DNA of 64,000 bases from Octopus sinensis (GCF_006345805.1 NC_043005.1:22134001-22198000), one strand, 5' to 3'; numbered from the stretch's first letter, positions 38,896 through 52,336 are shown. Numbers and translations: made by a program. The notes: generated from the sequence alone by a model not told the origin.

Positions 38896-41080
38896 ATAAG
38901 ATTTGTTTTGAAGCTGCTTAAAATTAGAGCATTGTTATATACTGATGCATGTTGATTAAAAATTTCTTTGTTTGCAGATGAATTAGATATTCTGATTGAA
39001 ATGGCAGTAACAATGCTATCAGTAGTAGATTTTGGATGATTGGAAGAGAGATTGATATATGAAATGGATTTATTTGGCTTACAAAATGGGTAGTATAAAC
39101 TCGTATCCAAATTCAAAGTAATATCCAAGAAATTCACCACTCTACAGTTAACATCAAAAGTAATGTTAAGAAAACTTTTCAGAAACTTCTCAAAGATTTC
39201 TTTAATCAATTCAACACAGCTTTAGACTGGCCACTTGCTGGACTGGCTAGAATTGCACCATCCAGATATAATTCCCCAGTAAGAATGGGTAAGCTATCGC
39301 TAATCTGCGAAAGGAAATACACACACTGAGTTGGTCACTTGTGGTGAATCTGAGGACCCCATAGTAATATCAATGAAATTGGTAGTGTCAGCTCTCCTCC
39401 AATTATGCTTGTTGAAGGAGATGAGGGTCTCCCTTGCTGCTAAAATGACATCAGTATCTGAACTAGAGATATTCACAAATTTCCAAGCGTAAATCAAAGC
39501 TTTATTTAGCAATATAGGGGAAATGGTGTTGCAGTGATTCAAAATATCGAATTGGATAAAGTCTAAATTAGAGCTATCAGTAAGAGAGTCAAAGCATAAG
39601 ATAACATCTCCTGTAGATTTCCATAAGGGAAGCTGAACCTTATCCCGAACGATGGGAATAATCTGATAGAATTTTTCTATCTGGTAAAATAAGATCCAGT
39701 GAAACATTGTGGTCACTGTAATTAACTTCCTCCCTCCCACAAAATTTCAGGCCTTGTGTCTATAGTAGAAAGGATTATTATTATTATATACCTTTGCATG
39801 CATGTACATGTTTGTACGATTGCACACACACACACACACATATATATATATAAGCCGACAGGTATTTAAATATGTATATTCATTTATGCACACTTGCTAA
39901 TATATATGAGTTTGTATTAATGTCTTATAGGTGTAATATGTATATATAGTTATCTGTATATTGTGCATGTATTATGTGTTAATGTATATATCGTTGCTAT
40001 TATGCAAAAGTGTCATAAGTCCAAAATGTTGCTTTTTCAGAAAATGAAAAAAATAAAAACTAGTTTCACCATTCCATTTCTTTTTACATTAGCAACAGTT
40101 TCAGCTTAATACTTTGTTGAGTGCTTAAAATCATTCATGTATGATATTTTCAGTCAGAAATACTTTTGCAATGCTGTTGTATGTGGGACTTCCTACACTG
40201 TCGAAAATGCTAAACTGTAAACTGTTGTACTATACTTTGACAATTTTCATATCTTGGTATCTGAAGCAGCTGAAGATACAATAGTTTGTCCAAAAGAAAT
40301 GATTTTCGCAAGCAAAATTAAATATTGAAAACAACGCATTTGGCCAAATTTGGACACATGACAGTTTAACATAGTAGCAATGATATATATTCACATACAT
40401 ACATGTCTATATGTATGTATATGCATCTGTGTATGTATACTTGTTTAGTCATATATGAACGTGTGTGCAAAATCGATCTACTTTTGTTTTGTCTTCCTCA
40501 TTCCATAAAAATTAAGATACAGTTAACCATTTCATCTGGGAGTGTGATTGTGTGTATCTTTTTTGTCTTGTTGCCATCATTAGATTATGGCCATGCTCGG
40601 GCACCGACTTGATGAATTCTTAGCTGAATGAATTGACCCCAGTATTAATTTTTTGTTTTCATTTAACCCTGATATTTATCTTATTGATCACTTTTGCCAA
40701 ACCACTAAGTTATGGGGGCATAAACACACCAACACTAGTTGTCAAGTGATGGTGGGGACACAAAGACACTTGCCCAAGGTGCCATGCAGTGAGATTGTAC
40801 ATGGTACCATGTGATTGGGAAGCAAACTTTGTGCCACACATGTATATATGGATGTTTAGGTGCAAGCACATATTCACATACATACATACATACATATCCA
40901 TGTTGGACCGTTGAACTCTGCACATGTTTTTCTCTCTCCGTTTTTTCCTCTTAATCCTTTCTATTGACGAGCGTAGGCTCCAAACATAAAAGCCTTTTCC
41001 ATTTTTCTCGAGCGTTAAACTAATACACCTACTTGTTTTTTCTACACCTGTCTTCATCTTTTGTTTTCTGTAAATTTGAA

Positions 41081-41084
<4 letters not shown>

Positions 41085-41145
<61 letters not shown>

Positions 41146-41165
41146 AAGAGAGAGAGAGAGAGAGA
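41085..41165. repeat. (TA)n(GA)n microsatellite
   Basis: Visible dinucleotide runs. Confidence 0.95.
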
Positions 41166-41278
41166 TGGGTGTGAGACAATATACTAATTTTTTATTTTAT
41201 TTATTCTGTACATAAGTGTGCTAGTGCGTGTATACACGTGGGAATTTTTGTGTATATTCCCATACATCTGAATATGTA

Positions 41279-41312
<34 letters not shown>

Positions 41313-41789
41313 GAAAACTTGTTTACTGTTTATATATATATCTATATATATATATATATATTCTTGTTTCACTTCATAAATGTGTGTGAATCCATAATCA
41401 TGCACATACAAGCATGAATGTATATATGTATACGTATTTATAGACTGTATTTATTATTCACTGGCACTCTCATCTTTATGTGTGTGTAAGTAAGCACAAA
41501 TTTTCCTCATTTGTTTATTTATTTATTGAACAGCATAACGGGCAAAATATTTGAAAAATACAAATTATCAGTGTGACATTGTAATTGATTTCATAATTGT
41601 TCCAGAGGTATCCAGGGAAATACCATTATCACCAGGATATAAATTTACAACTCCTTGAACTGTAGTTAGTTTGATAAGTGCTAATGCATGAAACTCTTAG
41701 CCCTTGAGTTATTCTGTTGCTTCTGCTAAATATAAAAAAAAATTATGTATGTTTTTTAGCTCTCTTTTTCCTGTTAGTATCACCAAACT

Positions 41790-42090
41790 AATGTTCATTC
41801 ATGTTCTCTGTCCTCTTTTCCTGGGTGGGTCATAGGAGGAGAGTCCTAAGTACTTCTTCCATAGGATCATGTCAGAAGCAACCATCATTAGACTTTCTGG
41901 CTGGATTCCCAAGCTGATGAGACTATGAATATTATCCAACCATCTCATTCTTGATCTTACCTAGATCTCTGCTGGTTGGCATGGCTTGATGTTTCCATCT
42001 TGCGATTCTTTCCTGTGACATTCTAATCACATATCCATAGTACCATAGCTGTGACCTCTCGATACAGAGAAGTAATGGCTCAGCCTAGAG
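41790..42090 (-). mobile_element. Degenerate RTE LINE 3' fragment
   Basis: Minus strand YYGYVIRMSQERIAR followed by a frameshifted R-x-R-M-R-W-L-D-N-I-like segment. Confidence 0.6.
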
Positions 42091-43423
42091 GAACTTAATG
42101 ATATATAACATCTATTTTTTTTGTGTGTGGGTGTGCTTAAGTATAAACAATTCACATATGTATATATTGGCCTATGCTGTAAACAATTTGATAAGAGGTG
42201 CATCTAGCTATTATAACCATTCCAAAAAGAAGGATTGACCGAGGAAACCTGGAATCCCCAAAGAGCAAAAATTGGCAGTTTCTTCTGTTACAAGTGTTAA
42301 GATATTGTCAGAGTAATCCAACTCATGCAAGCATAAAAGAAGTGGATGTAAAATGATGAGGATGTGCCTGTGTGTGTTATATAATCATCATCATTTTAAC
42401 ATCACTTGTCCATGGTTGCATGTGTCAGATGAGTGTTAAAGCAGATTTTCCTATGGTTGGATGCTTTTCTTGTCATCAATCCTCACCTTCCAGTAATTGG
42501 ACATGTTTTCCTGGATGGATTGTAAACAAATGGTATCGTTTGTGTTTGCAATTAGTATGCACTTATCAGGACAAGGCTAACTCATACACACACAACAGAC
42601 TTCTACTTTCCATCTACCAAATTTCACTCATAAGGCTTTGGTCAATCTACAGCTATAATATAAGACAACAGTTGAGGGTTGATGCTGTGGGAGTGAGACC
42701 TGAGCCATGTGGTTTTGAAGCAAACTTGTTTACTGTATGGCCATGCCTGCATCCATCTATCTATCTATCTGTCTGTCTGTCTCTCTTTAATTTTTGCTGT
42801 TTAATCAACTGAACTAACAGGCCCAAGGAATTAGCATGTAAATGGCTGAATATTCCAAAGGACACATGTATCCTTAATGTAATTCTCATATGGAATTAGT
42901 GTGGCAAGGCTGGGCTTTTGAATTACTAATCCAGTTTACTTGACAATCATTTTTGTATGCGTGCCTGTGTGTGTATGTATGTATATATATATATAAAATG
43001 GTAAACAGTTCAATAACCAGTGTGATCAATAAATGAAAACCTGTTGTTTTGCCACTGCATTACATCCATTTTCTCAGGGAAAGGTTGATTTCTTTGTGTT
43101 GGCTTTTACAACCGAATAATCTTTGTACTGTTAATCACTCAGCTGTAAAGTGGAGCATAAGAGTTTTTCTCTTCCTTTCCTCCTGGTTCGATCCAATAAA
43201 TTATCAGTTTAATTATTCTAGAAGGAAAATGTGTTATGCCTCTTCAAAATCTCTCTCTCCAAATATAAAACTTATTTAAATATATTTATAATCATGAGAC
43301 TCCTCACATGTGTTTGTATGTAGTGTATGTACATTAAAACTACTGTACACTCTGAAAATGAAGTGTATAAACAAAAACTAACATAGCTGTACTTCACTGG
43401 TTTCACTCTTTCTTGTATTTCAG

Positions 43424-43540
43424 TAACCCAAGCTGTGTACGTTACCCAGAGGAAGGAAAGTTAGCTAAAGTCACACTAGAAATGACAGATAACCTTGTGC
43501 AGTGTTATCTTCCAAAATGCCAAGATAGACCAACAAAAAT
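43424..43540 (+). CDS. CACHD1: CACHD1 exon 24 (NPSCVRYPEEGK...VQCYLPKCQDRPTK)
   Basis: atttcag / gtaagt, phase 2 to 2; NPSC and C-x4-C spacing. Confidence 0.92.
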
Positions 43541-43689
43541 GTAAGTATTATTTCAATGTTCGTGAGAGCTGAGGGTTGGTAGAATTGGTAGAGTGGGAGA
43601 TAAAAGATCTTGCAGTTCTCATAAGTATTGGGGTAGTCAAGTATTGAGGTAGATTCAATTGCTTGTACTCTCTTGCAGAATGTGTGGTT

Positions 43690-44720
43690 GTACCTATGTT
43701 AAAAAAAAAGTGTACCACAGAGATCTGTTCTTGGCCACCTTTTATTTGTTGCATATGTTAATGATATAGATGCCAACTTAAAGAATGCCACAGTGCTGAA
43801 ATATGCAGATGACATCAAGCTGTACCTCGAAATAAAGAGGTCAGATCCTGTACACCATAGATCTCTATTGCAAACAGACCTGGACACAATGCAGCAGTGG
43901 ATCATGGACTGGCAACTCAAGCTGGCTGTGGACAAATGTACCACCATGCATTTTGGGAGGAAAAACCAGCGTCTACTTACTCCCTCCACAACACTAATCT
44001 CAAAAAGTCTTCTTGTAAATGTGACCTGGGCATTATTGTTGACAACGATTTGCGTTGGACAAAACACATCGCTAAAATTGCCAAGAAGTCTGAGGGTGTC
44101 TTGGCATCACTCACCAAGTCCTTTGTGAGCCGCTCTCCGCCTATCTATCTGCAGCTTTATATAGCTATGGTACGAACTCACCTGGAATTTGCATCACCAG
44201 TCTGGAACTCTATCTTGCCCAGGATATTAATCGTCTGGAAGCCGTTCAGTGACGTGCAACCAAGAGAATACTCGCCATCAGGCATTTGCCATATTCTGAA
44301 CGCCTTACTTCCCTGGGCATGGACACATTGAAACTCCAACGTCTGGCAGCTGACTTGGCAGACACCCATAAAATTATTAACCATCTTACAAACAATAACT
44401 CTGAGCACCTTTTCAAACTCCACCTGTCTAACACCTGTGGACATGTTTACAAAGTCAGAAAACAGCACAGCTCCCATGACTTTTGGAAATATTTTTTCTC
44501 CTAAGAGTTGCTGAAGCATGGAACAGACTGCCGGCATCAGTTGTTAGTTGTCGGAACACTGCATCCTTCAAAACTTCCATGCTTCCTGAGATTTGCCTAC
44601 ACTACACCTGATTTTCCCCTCTCCATACACACACAAGCATGTATCTGACTCGTACACTGTTTGCTTTCCAGGCATTTGTACATTACTGCATATACATTAT
44701 ATGCTCTTTTGACAAGTTGT
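43690..44720 (+). mobile_element. CR1/L2-group LINE 3' fragment (RT domains to 3' end)
   Basis: LKYADDIKLY, DLDTMQQWIMDWQLKLAVDKC, DLGIIVD, LEFASPVWN, PYSERLTSLG, across several frameshifts. Confidence 0.9.
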
Positions 44721-45658
44721 GGTGCACCTGAGCATTGCATACAATAATTTCATTATTATTATTATTATTATTATTATTAAAAATCATACTCTTTGTGTCT
44801 GCTGGTGGACAAGCAGAAGAAGTAATGCACCAAAATAATTACCTCTATGTTTTGAGTTCAAATCTTTCTATGGTTGATTCTGCCTTTTATTTTATTTATT
44901 TATTTTTTGGTTGTGGTTGCTAAAATCAGTCCTAGTCATGTTCTAGAACTGATTTTAATCATTTTAACTTCTATAATTATGGTTATAACCCTGAATAAGA
45001 ACTGACAAAGCAGAGGGAACTTTTCTGTCTTCCTTGCACAGGACAAACTCTTCAATACCAGGGCATAATAAAGTGCAACTATTCTGTAAAACAGTTGGTG
45101 ATGAGAAGGGCATCTAGCCATAGAAATCATGTAAAAGTGGAATGTATGAGCAAGATATGGATTCCACAAACCCTAATGCAGGCTACCAGTCTTGGCAGCC
45201 ACTAACTCTGAATAAAAACTAATACAAAATAGAATGGATTTTGAACCCTTCTCACATAGAACAAATTCTTCAGTTCATTCTGACTACAGTCTTAGACATA
45301 TAAAACACAAAAGTTTGGCAGTTTTTGGTTGTGTGTGCAAGATAATGCAGACTGACGACATATCTAGTGCATGCCAGCATGAAGAACAGATATGAAAGGA
45401 TGATAATAATTATAATATATACATGCTCTTTACTTCACATACTGATATATCCAATACCAAATAAATTTGACATCTATTTTGATGCCGCCATGAAATCATG
45501 GTATGGATTTAATGATGGAGTAACCTAAACACATACATATGTAATGATGCCTAAGTATGGTCACTGCAAAATAACTGACACCAGAACAAGTAATAAAGAA
45601 TTTATTTTTCTATAAATTTTTGAATTTATTCTGATTGCTCCCTCCCCACCTTTCACAG

Positions 45659-45816
45659 GTCGTGCCTTGGAGTTCTTGGCTGTGAATGGTGTGAGATGCA
45701 GGATAAAGATGGTATGATCATTCCATTGTCAAAGCCTCATTGTGCAACACAAGCCATTTGTTTCGGTGGGATACTTGGTGCTGAAACCCCCTATGGGGAT
45801 CAATTACAACAGCAAC
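45659..45816 (+). CDS. CACHD1: CACHD1 exon 25 (SCLGVLGCEWCEMQ...CFGGILGAETPYGDQLQQQ)
   Basis: ttcacag / gtaagt, phase 2 to 1. Confidence 0.95.
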
Positions 45817-46899
45817 GTAAGTCTCAATTATATTTTCTTTCTTTTTATATACCCCCCCCCACCTTTTTCTTCTTCCTTCCATGCCCTTATAACCATTAAC
45901 ACCAATATTATTATCATCATTGTTTTTGTATACTATCATTGTTATTCCAGTGAAGACTTTTTCTTTGTATCTGCTTGCCTCACATTTCTGGCAGCAACAT
46001 CTGTTCTCTTTCCAGGAAGGTCTTCCTTTAACTCTTAGATCTCACAAAATAGAAAGTGATAATTTTTTTAATGTATCAGAATTATGTCAATATGTAACCA
46101 CATTGCAAGCAAGAGGCTTTTCATTGCTGCCCTATGTGGTGCATCTCTGCCCACTCAACATGTCTTTCATGTATTTCACACTACTGCTTGTTTACATCAC
46201 CAGATAATAATTGATTGTGTATGTAACTCAAACTTGCTTTCTAAATTCTTTATTGTTCCATTTTACAAGTACTTTCCATCACTAACTGAAAATACTATTT
46301 CAACTTGTGTCATCTATTCCCATTAGACATGTCTGTACCAATAAATCTTTTCTGTGAATAAGACTATGTGGGGGAGAGTCTATGTAGTTGCTTGATTTGC
46401 AAGAAACAGCAGTCAAATCTGTCTCAAATTATACCCTTCATACCACCATCTATTTCACATACATATTCCAAAATCAGTCCCTTTCTCCAACTTACAAGTA
46501 ACTTAATATAGAACATCCACTGGATTATATTGAATTTGTTACTCCCTAATTTTTTTAGATTTTAGTAGATTCTTGGTATTCTCATGTCTTGTCATAGTTG
46601 GGCCTTGTATAATCTGTTCTTTTTACTGGAGAGACAGAGAGAGAGAGAGATTGACCTTTATTGTTGTTAAGCTCCATGTCAACTAGTAAGTAGATCTATG
46701 ATTTAAGATATTCCAGCTAGGAACTATGATATTATTTATTTTTTTCTAGAGAATGTGTCTAGGATTTGTAAGATGTTAAGATATAATGTAAAGATTTGGC
46801 TGCGAAATTCAGCTCATCAAATTACCATAAAGAGTTATCCTTGTGGTCTCATAACACCATTTATTACCAATAAAGGTAGCTGTTCTGTAAAGTTTCACT

Positions 46900-47870
46900 G
46901 CTGCTCTGCTTTTGCAGGGACATTACAAGAAGAAACATTGTAAGTTCACTTTCTCTGCAAAAGCAGTGGTTAGCATCGTGGATCTCATAATTATCTTCTC
47001 CTTGTTGCTTTATCCTCTATATACCTCCCACCCCATACTAATCCCCTTTGCCTTCATCTTCTCCTTTATCATCTGTAGTCACATCTTTTTTGCTCTTCCT
47101 CACATTCATTTCCGTCATTCTTCTCACTTTCATTCTTCTTCAATACATGTGTCATTTCATGCCCTTTCTCCCCACAGCATCCATTGTTGACCTTATAACC
47201 ATCATACTCTGCTGGTTATTGCTTCTTTTCTTCCCTTTTGGCAGTGCTCTGTTCATCCATTGAGCCATTCCCATTTTCTTTTTAGCCTTCTCTGCTGCTT
47301 CATGTTCATTACCTATATTTCACTTGCATAAATCATTGACGTCTTACATATGCAGCATATATATTCCCCTTCAGTATCAGCAACTCTCCTGTTCTCTTCA
47401 TTCTAGCCACTGTCACTAAGTTTAATCTATCTTTTCCATTCAACATGTCTGTTGAATAACAAAACATTTTCACACTTTCCTTCTTCATGCCTTCTCCAAG
47501 ATCCAGCTCAACATTCCCTTCATCTTCAGTTCACACTCTACATGCCTTACATTTAAATGTTACTACCACATTAGTTTATAACTCTCTCTCATCCCTAAAA
47601 TTTTCAGTGAACTCAACCACACATTTAATGGAGTTCATTGCAACACCTATCTACATATCACACACTGCCATTTTCTTGTTCTTTCCATCTTCGCCTGCTT
47701 TACTACTTGCCATCGTCTTTGTGTTTCCAGTATCCAATATCCACCTTTATACCTTTTTCCTCCACACTTTCCTTCCATTTTTTTCTTTTCTTTCAGTTTA
47801 TTCACCTCTCTGTTGTTAACACTTGATTGTCTGTATATAGTAACTCCCATGGTTACTCCACCCTTCTTCC
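46900..47870 (-). mobile_element. Heavily decayed RTE LINE fragment
   Basis: Purine-rich minus strand with remnants of the Cys-rich insert, KMFCY..DML, and C-terminal RTE-like text; explains the C/T skew and spurious ORFs. Confidence 0.55.
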
Positions 47871-49103
47871 CCAATTAATAAAGAAAGTTAGTCATCACAA
47901 AAATGTCTTCTGTCAGTTAAATAGAGGCACCACAAGTAACTGTCTGTTTATCTGTCAGTCAGTGATGCCACAGATATGCCTTTTGTACAGAGAGCATTAA
48001 TGTTTATAATATCTAATACAGGGGAGAGGAGTATGTTTGATTAAATAAATCCTAGTTGTTGACTTATACTTATTTTAGTGATCCTTGGTAAGATGAAAAC
48101 AAAGTTGACTGCAGGATTTGATCTCAGAATGTAACAAGACAACTACATACCACAGGGTATTATGTCTACCGTTTTACAAATTCTGCTAATTAATCACCTT
48201 TAAAATGTCTAATATCATTACCAGTCTGTCTGAAAGAATGTTTCTTTGTGCCTTGTGAATCTTGTATTTTCTTGATATTCTCATTGTCCTTGATCTATCG
48301 TAAAAGGCATTATTAGGGGCACTGTATCAATGACTACAATATCCTGTATACCCTGTATTTTCCTTTAGGAAGTTACACAACCATGTAAAATCTTCATCTT
48401 TCTCTATTGCTGATGTGAGGTGAAGTAGCACTGATGATCATGCAGTCCATTGTAAATTATTATCTTGTGTACTACCAGTCCTTGACACTCTTTTACAAAT
48501 CTGTCACTTATCTGTTTAACAAATGTTTAATACAAAAACTGAAGTTAAATACTGATATAATTTAAAAGAACCACCTTGTATTCTGTTACTAACATTTGTG
48601 AATTCAGCTTCAACTGGGTATTGAAACTGACTCAGTTCTTTAAAAAAAAAAAGCATGGGAAACAAAATTGAATGTAGGGTAATATATCTGTTTCAGATGT
48701 ATGTAGGTTACACTCATGCTGTATTTGTATAATTTGTATGTTGATATTAATTTTAACTGTATTAGTAGTTATACAAATCAGTCTCACTAACCTTGGAGGA
48801 CTTTCAAAGGCCATGGACACTACACCATCTCCTGACTTAGTCACCAGACTCGGCTTATAATGATTATTGAGACTGCCCTTTCACTTGACTAAGTCATTAA
48901 TCTCAGAGGGCTTGTCAAGGTCATTGGAATGTTCTCTCCACCTGACTAAGCCATAACAATTTTTTTTTAAATTCTAATATTTAAAAATTTTCAGACAGTT
49001 CTATGCAATGTAATCCTTTCAGTTGTTGTTAGCTACTAAGTATGCATTAAAAGATTGCCAGAGGTTTTAAAAAAAAAATTCTTAACAGGTTTTCTGTTTT
49101 CAG

Positions 49104-49331
49104 CAGTGATCCAAGATGCTGAGCCTGTAAATGTAAAAACTACTCCAGTTGGTCCTGTTGCTGGTGGAATCATGGGAATATTTCTGGTTCTTGCATTGAG
49201 TGTGTATTGTTATCGTCATCATGTCCACCGGTCTTCTCACCAGTATGTCACGTCTTTACCAGACAATCAAGCTCGTATGTCAAACTACTATGAAACAGAA
49301 GAACCTGAACAACATGAAGAACTTGGTGCAG
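49104..49331 (+). CDS. CACHD1: CACHD1 exon 26, transmembrane exon (PVGPVAGGIMGIFLVLALSVYCYRHH...)
   Basis: Tandem cagcag acceptor (start 49104 or 49107), gtaggt donor, phase 1 to 1; hydrophobic TM stretch. Confidence 0.95.
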
Positions 49332-49462
49332 GTAGGTGAAGGGTCTCTTAAATATAAGAATATGAATGGATGAATTGATATGGTACTCTACAACTTGTTA
49401 ATGGACATAAACTATTATCAGCACTGCATTGTGTCTGCAATAAAAACACTTAATTCACAAAT

Positions 49463-49755
49463 GTCGTCGTCGTCGTTTAACGTCCGTTCTCCATGCTAGC
49501 ATGGGTTGGACGGTTCGACCGGGGTTCTGGGAAGCCAGAAGGCTGCACCAGGCTCCAGTCTAATTTGGCAATGTTTCTACAGCTGGATGCCCTTCCTAAC
49601 GCCAACCACTCCGTGAGTGTAGTGGGTGCTTTTTACGTGCCACCTGCACAGGTGCCAGGCGGGGCTGGCAACGGCCACGGTCAGATTGGTGTATTTTATG
49701 TGCCACCGGCACGGAAGCCAGTCGAGGCGGTGCTGGCATCGGCCACGAGTCATAC
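49463..49755 (-). mobile_element. Young SINE/RTE-tail copy
   Basis: GTCGTCGTCGTTTAACGTCCG start; near-identical body to 30372 and 38695. Confidence 0.85.
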
Positions 49756-51914
49756 ATGCTGTAAGATAGGAACTACTCACTGCTGTAATACTTAGAGTAC
49801 TGTGCGATTAGCAATTGCAGCAGAGAGCTTGTTCTTCCCCCAAAAAGATTAGGCTCTGTCAAGCTAACTTGCCTTGCATATATACTACATGAAGAATAAG
49901 TTTCCACTGGTGCTACTTAGAGCCATCTGTTAATAAGACTAACCAATCCCTATCTGATATATGTCGATAGCTGCAGTAAATGTTGTTATAGTGCCTGGCT
50001 GACAATCAGTCAGATCAACAGATATATCTCAACTTCTCTGCTGATTACCTCATCAGGACACTTAACACTCTAGCTCAGTTGACCAAGCTACAAATACAGA
50101 CTATACAGTGGTACAATTCATATTCATATACAACAAATATGCATGTGCATGTACACACACACATGCACATAATGAGCTTTTTTCAGTTTCCAGCTGACAA
50201 ATTCATTTACAAGCCTTTGCTTGAACTGGAGCTGTAGTAGAAAAAGCTTGCCTGAAATACCATGCAATAGAACTGAACTTAAAAGCATGTAGTTGTGAAG
50301 TGAACTTGTTAGCCATAGAGCCATTCCTCTGCCTATGATATATATGTGTGTATGTTCATTTTCATGCAACAGTGTAAACAATGTAGCGGTAATAGGACTT
50401 GAATTTTATTTAAGCTGCTTTTGTCTGTTACAACTTATGTAACAGGTATCGCTTTGTTATGAAACAGTCATTGTCTGTGTTTTACTTATTCCATTCCTTA
50501 CCTTTTAAGATTTTTATTCTCATTTTTAACAACTTAAGTTAGTAAACCATGAGTTGTGTGGTGACATCAACTTATTGAAATTGTTTTAAATTTCAATATG
50601 GAACAAAGTGTGTAACTTACAAAGTTAAAGCTGGATTTGTGCAAATTTCCAGTTTTAGCTTTGGTATGGTGTTTCTGGTTGGATGCCCTTCCTAAATGTC
50701 AGCCACTTTAGTGTGTACTGGGTTTTATTTTCGTGCCACTGGCACTAATGAATAACTTAGCAAAAAAGACTGCAATGTTAACCCATCTGGCACTTTAATA
50801 ATTTCTTCAATCCACCAACTTAAATGATGAACTTTCTAAATATTAACGAAATTAGTGTTAAAGTAATACAACTAATTGTGACAAAGGAAAGGAAATTAAC
50901 TACACTGTTTCTACTCCACAAAGTGTAAATGGATGGCAGAATTTGTGGGGTGCTGAACAAAATGTCTTGAAAATGCATTTAGTTGAGTACTTCTGTGTTC
51001 TAATTTCAAATTCTGTGATGATCAATTTTCCATTTTATTCTCCCAGAGTTTTCTTTATGATGATGATGATATTCATTATATATATTTGATATCATAACCA
51101 TGGTTATGCATATATACAATATAATCAGCTAAAAACTCTTGAAGGTGCTCCAGCTTGGTTACCCTCCACTGAATGAAACTCAAAATAGTCTAAAATAATT
51201 ATGCTATTAATAGTAATGATTTCCTAACATCAGCACATGGTCAACATCTCTGAAGAAGGCATAGTTGATTAAATTGACATTCTACTCCAATACTTCAGCT
51301 GGTACTTATTTTTCAACTCTAAATGAATGAAATGCAAAGTCAAACAACAAATTTCAAACTTGGACTGTAACAGTACTTTGCAAAAGACTGCAATGTATCT
51401 TATCTCTTGTTTTATCACTTTTATTAACCTACTCTGTTATTAATGTTATTGAACTTGAAGCTTTACCTGTTCCAGGATCGATTAAGACTAATTGATCCCT
51501 AATCACTGTGCAAACATGATTCCCCACAACCCTTTCATTGTCCAATTGATATAACATTAAAACAGAAGGCTGAATATGAAATAATGAAGTAAAAATTCAG
51601 TTCCTTCCAAGTCAGGACCCATTACTATATTAGATATATAACTTTTTGTTTTAATATGTTTAATAATTAAAAAAAAATTAATTATATAATTTACCTTTTA
51701 CGCAGTGGTAAATCTGGCACTGGAAAAACTGTGGCACTCCCCTTTCTTGGTGCCTTAAGCATGTGCTTATTTTGTTTAATGAGTGATCTAACCCTCATAT
51801 CTGTAATACATACTTCTATTTGTTAAAATTAATACGCCTATGTTTATTTCAGTTCATATTTTATGATTACACATTTATGTTACCATTTAACAATTTGAGA
51901 AATCTATTTTGCAG

Positions 51915-52336
51915 GACACACCAATTTTGTTTTGGCACCATTTGAAAATGCTGCAAGTATTTCTCCATACCGCGTGAACACAACTTATCGTCGACCAGCC
52001 GGAGGAGACAGCGACCATGGTTATAGTACAATGACACCTCATGAAGACAGTGAGCATGCCAGCCTACCATGCCTAGAACCACTACTAATTGGGAAGGACC
52101 GCTTCAAGCCTCCAACATATCCTAGTACCAAAGCACCCGTTATTCCTCCGCCTCCAATCATTTGCAGCCGTCGCAGCCGCAGTCCAACACCTCCCCAGGC
52201 TCGTCTCTCTTCCTACACCCCTATTCCTGAACAGACATTATTGCCCTCCCAACAGACTGTTGTTGCCAGTACGATCCCTGAGGGGTCTCATAGTGTCATA
52301 GCAAATGTGCAAGTCCATGTAGTTGATGCTCATTGA
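51915..52336 (+). CDS. CACHD1: CACHD1 terminal coding exon 27, cytoplasmic tail (…GDSDHGYSTMTPHEDSE…VHVVDAH*)
   Basis: ttgcag acceptor, phase 1, TGA stop at 52334-52336. Confidence 0.95.

Larger units (their letters stand above)
36960..39740 (-). mobile_element. Degenerate Penelope-like retroelement (RT + GIY-YIG + 3' hammerhead), interrupted by two SINEs
   Basis: RT: FIQFDI...IDITMGSSDS, ELYLDGAIL, VNFLDITLNL...KP...YINLSSNHP; linker SCNFRNPTLYPLYGFCLITNVIYK; nuclease GYIGSTVNSKVRYRAHMNSF...LEWS...NLCMWE; stops and frameshifts present. Confidence 0.88.
1240..52336 (+). other. CACHD1: CACHD1 gene model (5'-truncated by the window): 27 coding exons, 1211 aa in window; dCache-VWA-dCache ectodomain, Cys-rich region, one TM helix, cytoplasmic tail
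   Basis: Exons splice at GT-AG with consistent phases into a 3636-nt open frame. Many blocks match vertebrate CACHD1 as remembered (AFNPGR, KWQYF, DHGxS, YHRLDLL, EHLSQ, PYLDVGGAGY, EQQHITHKEP, CECPCECPLE, PVGPVAGGIMG, SDHGYSTM). Confidence 0.96.

Noticed and set aside
40011-40363. Possible MITE bounded by TGTCATAAGTCCAAA / TTTGGACACATGACA
   Set aside because: The terminal match is short and imperfect, with no clear TSD and no second copy in the window.
46912-47874. Strong C/T strand skew with several 70-110 aa S/F/L/H-rich ORFs
   Set aside because: Antisense reading of a decayed purine-rich RTE LINE, not a novel gene.
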